Below are positions 26,301-38,285 of a stretch of 64,000 nucleotides of DNA, piece after piece. The notes under the pieces were generated by a model. That model saw only the letters and a list, made by a program, of their open reading frames with translations, had not been told where the DNA came from and did no database searches. How positions within the stretch are numbered: the stretch's first letter is position 1; each line of letters opens with the position of its first letter. Position numbers and translations under genes: made by a program. The stretch spans positions 54,064,001 to 54,128,000 of the forward strand of contig NC_043005.1 in assembly GCF_006345805.1 (NCBI RefSeq). Direction: 5' to 3'. The stretch is from Octopus sinensis (lineage: Eukaryota).

Positions 26301-26470
26301 ATGGTGAATGCTCTCTCTCCCTCTCTTTCTCTCTCCTCTTCTCTTTTCCTTTCTCTGTATACACATGCATACATACATGTATGTGCATCTGTATATATAT
26401 ATGTTGATTCGCTAGCTTCCGCACGCATTTTTTTCTCTCCTTGTTTCTCTCCGTGTTTCTTTTCTGTGTA

Positions 26471-26509
26471 TTTTTCTGTTGAAGAGCGTACGCTCGAAAC
26501 GTAAAATAC
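26471..26509 (+). ncRNA. Second copy of the CUGUYGA hammerhead-like variant
   Basis: UUUUU-CUGUUGA-A-GAGC-GUAC-GCUC-GAAA-CGU-A-AAAUAC, inside PLE-like fragment 26410-26605. Confidence 0.5.
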
Positions 26510-26604
26510 TTGTTTTATTTATATTCCTGAGCGCCATACTAATACAATTGTTTGTTTGTATTCCACCTGCCTTCGTCTTTTGTTTATTTTCATAAAGCTT
26601 CCCG

Positions 26605-26654
<50 letters not shown>

Positions 26655-26655
26655 T

Positions 26656-26736
<81 letters not shown>

Positions 26737-26742
26737 CATACA

Positions 26743-26774
<32 letters not shown>

Positions 26775-26855
26775 CACATACATACATACATACATACATA
26801 CATAATATATATATATACATACATATATACATGCATACATAGATACATACATGCA

Positions 26856-26891
<36 letters not shown>

Positions 26892-26907
26892 TATACATAC
26901 ATACATG

Positions 26908-27212
26908 TGTGAAGGCACGTGGCTCAGTGGGTGGAGTGTAGGGCTCCCATTCCTGGACTGCATGTCGTGTACTTTAGCAAAACACTTTATTTCACATCGC
27001 TCCAGTTCACTCGCCTGTAGAAATGAGTTGCAACATCACTGGTACCAAACTGTATTGGCCTTTGCCTTGAATAACATCGGTGGTGTGGAGAGAAGAGGCT
27101 GGTATGCATGGATGACTGCTAGTCTTCCATATACAACATTGCTTGGACTTGTGCCTCGGAGGGGAACTGTCTAGGTGCAATCCCATGGTCAATTATGACC
27201 AAAAGAGGTCTA
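26908..27212 (+). mobile_element. tRNA-derived SINE (third family; also 43050-43290 minus)
   Basis: GGCACGTGGCTCAGTGG head followed by the AGCAAAACACTTTATTTCAC...GCTCCAGTTCACTC central domain shared with 43050-43290(-). Confidence 0.75.
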
Positions 27213-27270
27213 AAAACAATAAACATGTATTCTATTTCTTTTACTTGTATCAGCCATTTGACTGAGGCCA

Positions 27271-27428
27271 TGCCCGTGGGCATATGGCGTAGTGGTTAAG
27301 CCGAAACGTTGTGCCCACGGGCATATGGTGTAATGGTTAAGAGCGCAGGCTACTAACCCCCAAGATTCCGAGTTTGATTCCAAGCTGTGACCTGAACAAT
27401 AACAATAACAATAATAATGATAATAATA

Positions 27429-27490
<62 letters not shown>

Positions 27491-28095
27491 TGTCAGTTGT
27501 TTGACCTTAACCAGTTGAGTATGTCCCTTAGTGGCTGACGATGTGTGCATCTCTGATCACGAGCAGAAGTAGTGGGGGAGCATCATAGCCATGTGTTGAG
27601 AGGAATTCTTTGGGGTTTGGATAATTCACCTTTGGAAATATAGGTGTTTTGTTCAACATCCTTAAACAATCCTTATTCAGGGACCTTTTGAGCGGAATGG
27701 GTTACCTGACCAGAAGGAAATTCTAACTGGGCCCCACCTGCAAGGTCATGCGCTGTTTATCTTGATATGAGATCATCATGTCGTGCACATATGGTTGTGA
27801 TGCATGTGCCTGGTGTACCCTTATCAGACGGGTAGTCATGATGGGTATACTGGGCTTCGTATATTTTACCCCAGTGTCATTTTGATGGCATGCACTGCTC
27901 TCTCACTCAATAATAATAATAATAATAATAGTAATAATAATAATAACATCGAAAATCCCTTAGGAATGAGAACCCAGGTTCGAAATTTCCCCAAGGCACC
28001 TGAAGAAAACTGGAGGGTATATAAGCCAAAACGTTGTGTTAACAACAAACAAGATGGGGACAAATATCCATCAAATGTAAATAATGTAAATAATA
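27271..28095 (+). mobile_element. tRNA-headed SINE-like element with (TAA)n linker and a 3' hammerhead-like module
   Basis: A-box TGGTGTAATGG and B-box GAGTTTGATTCC at 27326-27381, then (TAA)n, then GCAC-CTGAAGA-...GCC-AAAACGTT-GTGT at 27996-28039. An intact GCCGAAACGTTGTG lies at 27300-27313. Confidence 0.6.
27491..27908 (+). mobile_element. 5'-truncated (TAA)n-associated element nested in the (TAA)n linker of the previous element
   Basis: Matches 2150-2553 and is flanked by (TAA)n on both sides. Confidence 0.88.
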
Positions 28096-28499
28096 AAAGA
28101 TAACTCATGAAAATAATAGGAACTTAATGACACAGTTCTTAAATAAATGCATCAGGCGTGGTTATGTGTTAAGAAGATTTGTTCGACCCTTCAAAGTGGT
28201 GCTACAGCATGACCACAGTCAAATGACTGAAATATGTAAAAGAATGAAATATACATTAATTACAAACAATAACAAACTCTACCATCCACATCACTCCTCA
28301 GCTCCACTTGTTCACGTCTACCCATCCTCTCTTCTAAAATGTGAGTTATCATGTAGCTCCTCCACAGCAAGAGACCGGTTCTGCTCTGACTATCCTAGAA
28401 TAAAGTTGTATCCTAGAATAAAGTTTTTCCCCCTGGAGGTTCTTAGCCTTGCAAACTGTGTGATGGCCTACGAAGTTCTGGTGACACAAAAAGAAGAAA

Positions 28500-29010
28500 A
28501 AGCACCCAGTACATGCTGTAAAGTGGTTGGTATTAGGAAGGGCATTCAGCCGTAGAAACCCTGCCAAAGCAGATAGTAGCACATGATGCAGTTCTTAGAC
28601 CAATCAGATCATGTCAAATCCCCCAACACATGCCAGCATGGAACATGATGATGATGATGGTGATGGTGGTGGTGGTGGTGGTGGTGGTGGTGGTGGTGGT
28701 GGTGGAGGTGGTGGTGGTGGAGGTGGTGGTGATAGCTGCAGCAGCAGTGGTGATGACAGCAATGATGGCAGTAGTGGTGGTGATGGAAGTGGTAGTGGTG
28801 GTGATAGTGGTGGTGGTGGTGGTGGTGGTGATAGTGGTGGTGGCAGGCGTTGTGATAGTGGCAGCAGTAGTGGTGGCAATGGTGACAGCAGCAATGGTGA
28901 TGGTGTGGTGGTGGCAGTAGTGGTGGTAGTTGTGGTGCCGGCAGTTGCAGTGGTGGTGATGGTGGTTATGGCGACACTAGTGGCGATGGTGGCAGTGGTT
29001 GTGGTGATGA
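28500..29010 (+). repeat. RTE 3' end grading into a (GAT)n then (GGT)n/(GGC/AGC) trinucleotide array
   Basis: AGTGGTTGGTATTAGGAAGGGCATTCAGCCGTAGAAAC...GCCAGCATGGAA is followed directly by ATGATGATG-GTGGTGGTG. Confidence 0.85.
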
Positions 29011-29351
29011 TGAATAATTCTAGCCGGAAAAAATTAAAACAGCAATGGTAATGCTTACACCAATCATATTGGCCATGCCTAGAATAAATAAGCAGCAAAA
29101 CACACACACACACTCTCGCATCACTTTATACAGAAAATAACAATATAGGAGTTTAAAAACCATTCATGATGGATTTGAAAGCCTTAATGTTTTCAAACAA
29201 TCTGCAGGGAACTCATAAATTAAAGTATACAAAAAAATACCTTAATATAAAAAAGATCAATCTTGAGAAAAAACATGCTTTAAATACAAAATATGTAGAT
29301 AAGTATGGGCATTAATGCACACATAGACACGTATATATACATAGCATATAT

Positions 29352-29402
<51 letters not shown>

Positions 29403-29442
29403 GTATATATATGTATATATATATATTGTATATATATGTATA

Positions 29443-29487
<45 letters not shown>

Positions 29488-30515
29488 ATATATATATATA
29501 TTATATATATATATACACATATATATATATACATATATATATATAAGAATGATGTTATTTCTAAAAACAATAATGTTAGTGGGCATGAGCATAAAGCCAT
29601 ATAATTATATATATAAGCATTTTATTTTTTACTTCTTTCAGGTATTTGACAGTGGCCATGCTAAAGCACCACCACCTTAAAGGGATTTTTAGTCAAAGAA
29701 ATCGATCCCAGTACTTATTTTTTGTAAGCTTACTACTTATTCTGTTGGTTGCTTTTGCCAAAATGCTAAGTTACAGGGGTGGGAAAAAACACACCAACAT
29801 CAGTTGTCAAGCAAAAGACCCCCCCCCCATATATATATGTATATGTATGTGTGTGTGTTTGTATTTGTAGGTGTGTGTATGTTTGTGTGTCTGTATTTGT
29901 CCCCACCCACCATTGCTTGATGACCGATGCTGGTGTGTTTACGTCCCTGTCACTTAATGGTTTGGCAAAAGAGACCGATAGAATAAGTAGTAGGCTTATA
30001 AAGAATAAGTCCTGGGGTCGAATTGTTCGACTAAAAGTTGTGCTCCAGCATGGCCATAGTCAAATGACTGAAACAAATAAAAGATAAAAAAATAAAAGAA
30101 TATATATATGTCACTTAGTGGTTCGGCAAAAGAGACCGTTAGAATAAGTACTGGGCTTACAAAAGAATAAGTCCCGGGGTCGAGTTGCTCGACTAAAGGC
30201 GGTGCTTTAGCATGGCCGCAGTCAAATGACTGAAACAAGTAAAAGAGTAAAAGAGTATGTATACACAAGTACACACACGCCTACACATATACGCATACAT
30301 GTGTATACATTTATTTAAACATACAGTTGTATATATTTATATACATACACACACAGACGCACACATACAAACTTTGATTTCTCTACTCTTGTGAATGTAT
30401 GTTTGTATGGGAAAACTATAATATTATGTTCATATATAACCTTTATTATCAGTAGGTATTTCACATTCGATACAAGTGCAATAATAACAACAACAACAGC
30501 ACTAATAATAATGAT

Positions 30516-30667
<152 letters not shown>

Positions 30668-31489
30668 GTAATAAGTAACCAGAGAATACAGGAAAAAATA
30701 AAAAAAGACATTACACATATTCTATTAGTTGGTTAATAATGAAAGATTTCGTATATATGACTGCCATGACAGAATATACAAATCTAACTACAGATTGTGT
30801 CAACTAGTCATATGTACTGAACTTTTGTGTCAGAAATCACAGATACCGTGTGCGTCTTTTCACATATGCATGTGTGTGTGTGTGTGTGAACAGAGATACA
30901 GACTCTTAAATATATTTATGGCAATATCTCTAATTTTATTGCTTTTATCAATAACACCACTTCTAAATATCCCCTCCTTGTACCAATGAAAATGACACAG
31001 CCTCTTCATATTGTAGATATATTAGCAAACCAGCACACAGCAAAAGGAAATACATGTATCTATATTTGCTTTGATGTCATTTTATGCATACTCAGGAATG
31101 CTCACATTTTTACATTTTTACATATATGTATATATATATATTCATATGTGTCTGTGTGAATATATATATAATATATATATATATTCATACACACAAGCGT
31201 ACACACACACATACACACATATATACATTTATACTCATATATATACAAATACGTGTACATATAAATATACATATATAATTATACACAAGTGAACACATAC
31301 ATATATATACACACACACATACATGTGTATGTATAAATATTTTTTATACATATGCATATATAAGCATCTACATATATTGCTCTATTATATATATATATAT
31401 ACAATTACACATACATCTATACATTTATAATTTTAGACCTATGTATACATGTACTTTTACACAAATATATATATATATATATAATATAT

Positions 31490-31540
<51 letters not shown>

Positions 31541-32489
31541 ATATATATATATATAATATATTTCTGTGTGTGCCTATGTGCATGTAATTATATCTACATA
31601 GACACATTCACATGCACGCACATACAAGATTGAATATACATTGTCTAGTATATAATTGCTTGCTTTTTCTCTTCTACAAAAATATATAAATATTCATTTA
31701 CTTATGCATGCATATGTATATGCACTTAGATTATGACTATACATTCATAGTGTAGTCATAACTGATATTTATATTTATTTTTTTAACCAACATATTTTTG
31801 CTACAAGAGTAAATGCAATAGATAAGTTATTGCTAAATTGACAGTAGTTCTAAGTGCAATAACTGAATAACTTTAACATGGAATGTTTATGATAATAAAA
31901 GGGATTCTATTTATATAAAGAATAAAAGAGAAATGGCTAAAGGAGCATACAGAAAGAGATAAGGCAGAATTTGTCACTGAGGTTATTTAAAATCAATTTA
32001 TATAAACTATTACTGGCTATTGTTTATTTTTTGTGTTTGAATAATAGATAGAAGTAAGTCATGATGTACAATGCAATATACTGTCCCCTGTTTTTATTTG
32101 GCACTAAAATGTATAACTGTGTGTGAATGTATACGTGCTCATATATATATATCATCATCATCATCATCATCATTCATCATCATCACTTAATGTCCATGTT
32201 CCAGGCTGGAAGGGATTGGATGGTTTAACCAGTTCCGATGTGTCCAAGGACTGCATCAAACTCCAATGTCTGCTTTAGCTTGATTTCTATGTTTGTTTTT
32301 ATAGCTGGATGTTTTTCCTTATGTCAGTCGGACATATACATATGCATACATATATATACATATGTATATGTATATATATATATATTGATAGAAATGATAA
32401 GACAACAAAATAATGAAAGAGACTTCAATATTATGTAAGTAGAGGAATTTATCTGTAAATACAATATTTGACAATTATTCGGTAGCCAT

Positions 32490-32550
32490 GATAAAACTCT
32501 GAGTTTCGGATGTCAGGACGGAAAACCACGCTGCCATCTCTTCAGTTATC
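32490..32550 (-). ncRNA. Type I hammerhead ribozyme motif, canonical core
   Basis: GAUAA-CUGAAGA-GAUG...CAUCC-GAAA-CUCAGAG-U-U-UUAUC. Stem I is GAUAA/UUAUC, stem III is ACUC-A-GAGU, and the triplet is GUU. Confidence 0.8.
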
Positions 32551-32576
32551 TGGCCATTGAAAAAATTTTCATTTTT

Positions 32577-34364
32577 ATGTAATTCAAAACAGGTTGCCCC
32601 TGGGAGCTCCTCTATGCTGATGACCTGGCTCTCATAACAGAATCACTACCGGAACTAGAAAAGAAATTTTGGGTGTAGAAGCAAGGGTTAGAATCAAAGG
32701 GCCTTAGGGTAAATGTAGCAAAGACCAAAGTTATAGTAAGCAGAAAGGCGAACTCAGCACACACACCCTCGGGCAGGTGGCCCTGCTCGATCTGTAGGAA
32801 AGGTGTAGGTAGAAACTCCATAAGATGCACCCAGTGTAAGCTATGGATACATAAGAGATGCAGCAACATCAAAGGGAAATTAACTGATAAGATAGCTTTT
32901 ATGTGCGGCAGATGCACAGGGACAATAGACACCACAGATATTCAGAAAACAGATTCCATCACACTCCAGGGGGAGAAACTAGTAGTTGATAGTTTCCGCT
33001 ACCTGGGTGACCAAGTTAGTAGTGGAGGTGGATGCTCAGAGAGTGTCACCACTAGAATACGAATAGCCTGGGCAAAGTTCAGAAAGCTCCTACCCCTACT
33101 GGCAACAAAGGGTCTCTCGCTCAAAGTGAAAGGTAGATTGTATGACGCATGTGTGCGAACTGCCATGCTTCACGGTAGTGAAACATGGGCTGTGACTGCA
33201 GAGGACATGCGTAGACTTGAAAGGAATGAAGCTAGCATGATCTGCTGGATGTGTAATGTCAGTGTGCATGCACGACAGAGGGTAAGCACCCTGAGATAAA
33301 TGCTGGACATAAGAAGCATCAGATGTGGTGTGCAAGAGCGACGCTTGCGATGGTATGGTCATGTACTGCGGATGGATGAGGAGAGATATGTGAAGATGTG
33401 CCACTCCCAAACAGTTGAAGGTATCAGGGGGAGAGGTAGACCCAAGAAGACATGGGATGAGGTAGTCAAGCATGACCTCAGAGCGCTGGGCCACACTGAG
33501 GCAATGGCGAAGGACTGAGATCTCTGGAGATATGCTGTGACTGCAAAGACCCGGGCTGCTTCCTGCACCAGTCCCGCATAGCCCCTGCCCATTCAAAGTA
33601 CCTTGGATTCCAGAACATCCCGCTGTGCTTGAGGAGACCTGTTGAGTCAAGTACATGAACATCGAAATAAATATCAATGGAAATAGTAGTTGTGATACCT
33701 GTGCCGGTGGCACATAAAAAGCACCATCCGAACGTGGCCGATGCCAGTGCCGCCTCGACTGGCTTCTGTGCTGGTGGCACATAAAAAGCACCATCCGAAC
33801 GTGGTCGATGCCAGCGCCACCTTGGCTGGCTTCCGTGCCGGTGGCACGTTAAAAGCACCCACTACATGTACATCGAAATAAATATCAATGGAAATAGTAG
33901 TTGTGATACCTGTGTCGGTGGCACATAAAAAGCACCATCCGAACGGGACCGTTGCCAGCGCCACCTCAACTGGTTTCTGTGCCGGTGGCACATAAAAAGC
34001 ACCATCCAAACATGGCCAATGTCAGTGCCGCATCGACTGGCTTCATTGCCGGTGGCACATAAAAAGCACCATCCGAACGTGGCCGATGCCAGTGCCGCCT
34101 TGGCTGGCTTCCGTGCTGGTGGCACGTTAAAAGCACCAACCGATCGCGGCCGATGCCAGACTCCCCTGGCACCTGTGTAGGTGGCACGTAAAAAGCACCC
34201 ACTACACTCGCAGAGTGGTTGGCGTTAGGAAGGGCATCCAGCTGTAGAAACACTGCCAGATCAGACTGGAGCGTGGAGCAGCCCCTGGCTTCCCAGACCC
34301 CGGTCGAACCATCCAGCCCGTGCTAGCGCGGAAAACGGACGTTAAACGATGAGGATGATGATAG
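32577..34364 (+). mobile_element. 5'-truncated RTE-clade LINE (RT C-half, Cys-rich insertion, 3' UTR, (GAT)n tail)
   Basis: One frame from 32583: GCPWELLYADDLAL...WPCSICRKGVGRNSIRCTQCKLWIHKRC...FRYLGDQ...TAMLHGSETW...RRLRWYGHVLRM...RGRGRPKKTW, with 3 premature stops. It ends GGACGTTAAACGATGAGGATGAT; candidate TSD CATTTTT at 32570-32576 and 34365-34371. Confidence 0.95.
33700..34200 (+). repeat. ~67-bp tandem repeat array in the RTE 3' UTR (about 8 units)
   Basis: Units begin GTGCCGGTGGCACATAAAAAGCACC; a ~45-bp spacer (CATCGAAATAAATATCAATGGAAATAGTAGTTGTGATACCT) occurs twice. Confidence 0.9.
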
Positions 34365-34381
34365 CATTTTTTCGATGTCTG

Positions 34382-34442
34382 GATAACTGAAGAGATGGCG
34401 GCGTGGTTTTCTGTCCTGACACCCGGAACTCAGAGTATTATC
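34382..34442 (+). ncRNA. Type I hammerhead motif, inverted twin of 32490-32550, with A13G core change
   Basis: GAUAA-CUGAAGA-GAUGGCGG...ACACCC-GGAA-CUCAGAG-U-A-UUAUC. Confidence 0.7.
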
Positions 34443-34753
34443 ATGGCTACCAAATAATTGTCATATTTTATATTTACATATATATATATATATAGAAACA
34501 AAGTATGGGCATTTAGTTCACAGGTGATCTAAAGATCTAAATGATTAGGTACACTCACTAATCCCAGCAGCTTTTTGATGTTGATACTGTCCAAAATTAA
34601 CAATATTATCGTTAAAGATGTGAAAGTGTAATGACTTTTGGGATAGTAACCGATGAGGAAAGGGCAGGTCCATGTCGTGTTTGTGAATTTTCCATTTGCT
34701 GTTTGTTTTGATGGTGTTTAATCTTTGAAACTATGCACATACACACACACACT

Positions 34754-34799
<46 letters not shown>

Positions 34800-36440
34800 T
34801 CACACACACACACCACACAATATATATATAGCTAGATAGCTAGATAGGGAGATAAGTGGATAGATAGATGTATGCATGTACATACACGTATATATGTGCA
34901 CATACATATACATTCATATGCACACATACATGTATACACACATCTGATATAGATTTGTTAGAACATGTGCATGCATTTATGCATGTGTGTGTGTGTGTGT
35001 GCATCCGTGTGTGCATGTGTGTGCCTGCACGAGTATGTTGCAATATATTTGTGTTCCAATTCTTACTTAAAGTACTTTACAACTGTGACTTCAGTGTCAC
35101 AGCATGCTGATTACTAAATCTTCTTGTCGAATTTTGAATAAACTTAATCAAGAAATGTTCAACCTCCCTATGTCTAAACACCAGTAAGTATTTTCTTAAA
35201 ACGTCTCACAGGAAATTAGACAATAATTAATCAATGATAACAATAGCAAGAAAATTGAAATTCTTTTTAGAACTACACAAGTGTTTTAGAAATATACTTA
35301 CCCTTACAAAAAATATAACTATAATAGAAAGAGCTTTATAAATAAAATACAATTGTATATATAATCACATGATTGTTTTAAAACTAGCAGCTAAATCTCT
35401 CTCAAATATCTTTATTTTCTTTGAAGCAATTATCTCGTGTTTGTTTTTGCTTTTCATTGTTCAGAGTACATTTAGTGGTATAAATGTGAGCTCGGCACAG
35501 TTAGGAACAGCTAGAGACATTGCGTATTTGATTCATTTAATCAGCTATCTCTCTATGTATCGTGGCTTCATGTTTTTGCTTCTGCTTAAGATTTGATTGG
35601 AGATATACAATAACAATAATCACTGATTGAAGTTGTATATCATCACATAAGCTACTCAATGTACAAACCGAATCAGTTTAAAAAAAAAAAACAAAAAGAA
35701 AAATCAAAACAACATTTCCATGTCTTCAGTGCAGTAACAATGTATTTTAAGTCTTTGGTTTATTGCAAACTGTTTTAAAAATTGAACGATAATGAAACAT
35801 TGACAAAATACTCAAGCCTAATCCAACAATAAGATACCAGGTTTTGTGTTCAATTCCATTGTGTGGTATCTTGAGCAAGAGTCTTTTACAATAGCACCAG
35901 ACCAATCAAAGCTTTATAAGTGGATTTGGTTGATGGAAACTGAAAGAAACCTGTCACACAAGCATACATACATACATACATCCAGTGATTTTGCATGCGA
36001 GCTAGATTGCATATACATATGTGTACATGCATTTGTCAGTATATTTTAGTTTTGTATTTATATGTCTGTATATGTATGTGGTCTGCGCACATCTATCTGT
36101 GTATGTTGATGTATATATGTATAGTTTAGTATGAGCATGTACTGTTGTGAAATATTTTAATGCATTTTAATATTTTAATTTCAATTTCCATGTATTAATT
36201 ATATTTTCTTTATTAATGACAATATGTATTTTAACCAAAGATTCGATGTAAGGTTTTTTCCTCGACTTTTATAATTTTATATATTTTTTATATTTTTTTA
36301 TATTTTATATTGAGCTCATTTTTGTTTATCGCTCGAAAATGACCATTATTTGAAAGGACCAATCAAACAAGTCCATTTTTAAAGGTGTAGCATTTATACT
36401 AGTCTTGAGATAGAATTGACATATCGGTTCTATTTTAACA

Positions 36441-36487
36441 AAAACTGTCCGACGAATGGAAACGTGAAACTCAGAGTAACAGGTTTT
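36441..36487 (+). ncRNA. Minimal type I hammerhead motif (U4C variant)
   Basis: AAAACUGU-CCGACGA-AUG-GAAA-CGU-GAAA-CUCAGAG-U-A-ACAG-G-UUUU; same stem III as the 32.5/34.4-kb pair. Confidence 0.65.
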
Positions 36488-36516
36488 GTTGAATTTCTGC
36501 TGCTTTGAAATAAAGT

Positions 36517-37241
36517 ATATATATATATATATATGCATATATATATACATAAATACACATGCATACATACATACATACAGACAGATAGATATATAGTTAG
36601 ATATATATATATATTCATATAGATACATAGATAGATAGATAGATAGATAGATAGACAGAGAGACAGGCAGAAACTCTTTTGCTGAAAGAGTTGTTTAATT
36701 TTGTAGCACATGAAAATTAGGGTGGTGGAGATGTCTGTAAAATGTAAATAAGGACACTGGTATGGCTGTGTGGTTAGGAAGTGAAATTTACTTCACAACC
36801 ACATGGTTTTGGGTTCAATCCCATTGTGCAGCACCTTGGACACATATGCATATAAGATATATATGTGTGTGTGTGGTGTGTATATATATATATATATATA
36901 TAATATATATATGCATATATATATACATAAATACACATGCATACATACATACATACAGACAGATAGATATATAGTTAGATATATATATATATTCATATAG
37001 ATACATAGATAGATAGATAGATAGATAGATAGACAGAGAGACAGGCAGAAACTCTTTTGCTGAAAGAGTTGTTTAATTTTGTAGCACATGAAAATTAGGG
37101 TGGTGGAGATGTCTGTAAAATGTAAATAAGGACACTGGTATGGCTGTGTGGTTAGGAAGTGAAATTTACTTCACAACCACATGGTTTTGGGTTCAATCCC
37201 ATTGTGCAGCACCTTGGACACATATGCATATAAGATATATA

Positions 37242-37282
<41 letters not shown>
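36517..37282. repeat. Near-perfect 378-bp direct tandem duplication
   Basis: AAACTCTTTTGC at 36671 and 37049 (offset 378). The internal microsatellites and a SINE head are copied; the breakpoints fall in (TA)n. Confidence 0.95.
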
Positions 37283-37284
<2 letters not shown>

Positions 37285-37537
37285 GAGCTGACCTCAGTAG
37301 TATTTGAACTCAGAACATAAATCCAAAAGGAAGTGAGATATTCTTGCTTTTGTCACCAAAGATTTGTTCACAAGGCTTTTGTTGACCTTAAGATTGTGGT
37401 AAAAGACATTTCTTTAAGGGTGTCAGGCATTGGGATTGAACCAACAATCAGGTGAGTTGTGAAAATGAACTTCTTAATTGCACAACCATGCATGTGTCAA
37501 TGATTTACGAGATCTTGTGATAAAAACGTTCATGACA

Positions 37538-37574
<37 letters not shown>

Positions 37575-37849
37575 TAGTAGTAGTAGTAGTAGTAGTAGTA
37601 GTGGCAGCAGCAGCAGCTTAGATGTCTCTGGAATGAATATTTCAGTTGTGGTATGCGTGGACATCGTATATCATATATCAGATAGAATGATATACAATTG
37701 AAGTCAGGTTCATGATATTAAGTTACACACACTGATTCAACTCGTATCAACATCGATTAAAAAAAAAACAAAAAAAAAAGGACTATTATAATGGTGATGA
37801 TCTTGTTGTTGTTAATTATAATTAAGGACAGTGAGGGCAACTAACAATG

Positions 37850-38285
37850 CTAATGAGAATGACAGTGACAATGATGGAAAAAACTATGGTGATGACAGCC
37901 ACAACGATGGCAATGACATTGAAGAGGAGGAGGAAAGGGAGGAGGAGGAAGAGGACTAATTATGATTATAATGATGATGTTGATCATGTTGCTAATGATA
38001 ATGATGATGATGATGATGATGACCACGGCAGCGACAATAATGATGAAGATGATAGTGGTGGTGGTGATGGTGATGGTGGTGGTGGTGGTGGTGGTGGTGG
38101 TGGTGGTGGTCTGGTGGTGGTGGCGGCGGCGGTGGTGGTGGTAATTGGTGGTCTGGTGGTGGTGATTGGTGGTCTGGTGGTGGTGACTGGTGGTGGTGGT
38201 GACTGGTGGTGGTGGTGACTGGTGGTGGTGGTGGTGGTGACTGGTGGTGGTGGTGGTGGTGGTGGTGGTCGGCAGTGGTGATGAT
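37850..38285. repeat. Trinucleotide mosaic (GAT/GAG/GGT); similar blocks at 16830-17320, 53230-53400, 54380-54665 and 56820-57330
   Basis: Simple-repeat arrays are directly visible. Confidence 0.9.

Noticed and set aside
27320-27395. tRNA gene
   Set aside because: It has A/B boxes but no acceptor-stem closure or full cloverleaf, and it continues into a repeat body, so it is a SINE head. The same applies to the other SINE heads.
28611-29113. Gly-rich / Pro-rich ORFs
   Set aside because: (GGT)n array grown from an RTE tail.
33700-34200. CRISPR-like repeat array
   Set aside because: The units are contiguous diverged tandem repeats without unique spacers, lie inside a LINE 3' UTR, and have no cas genes nearby in a eukaryotic context.
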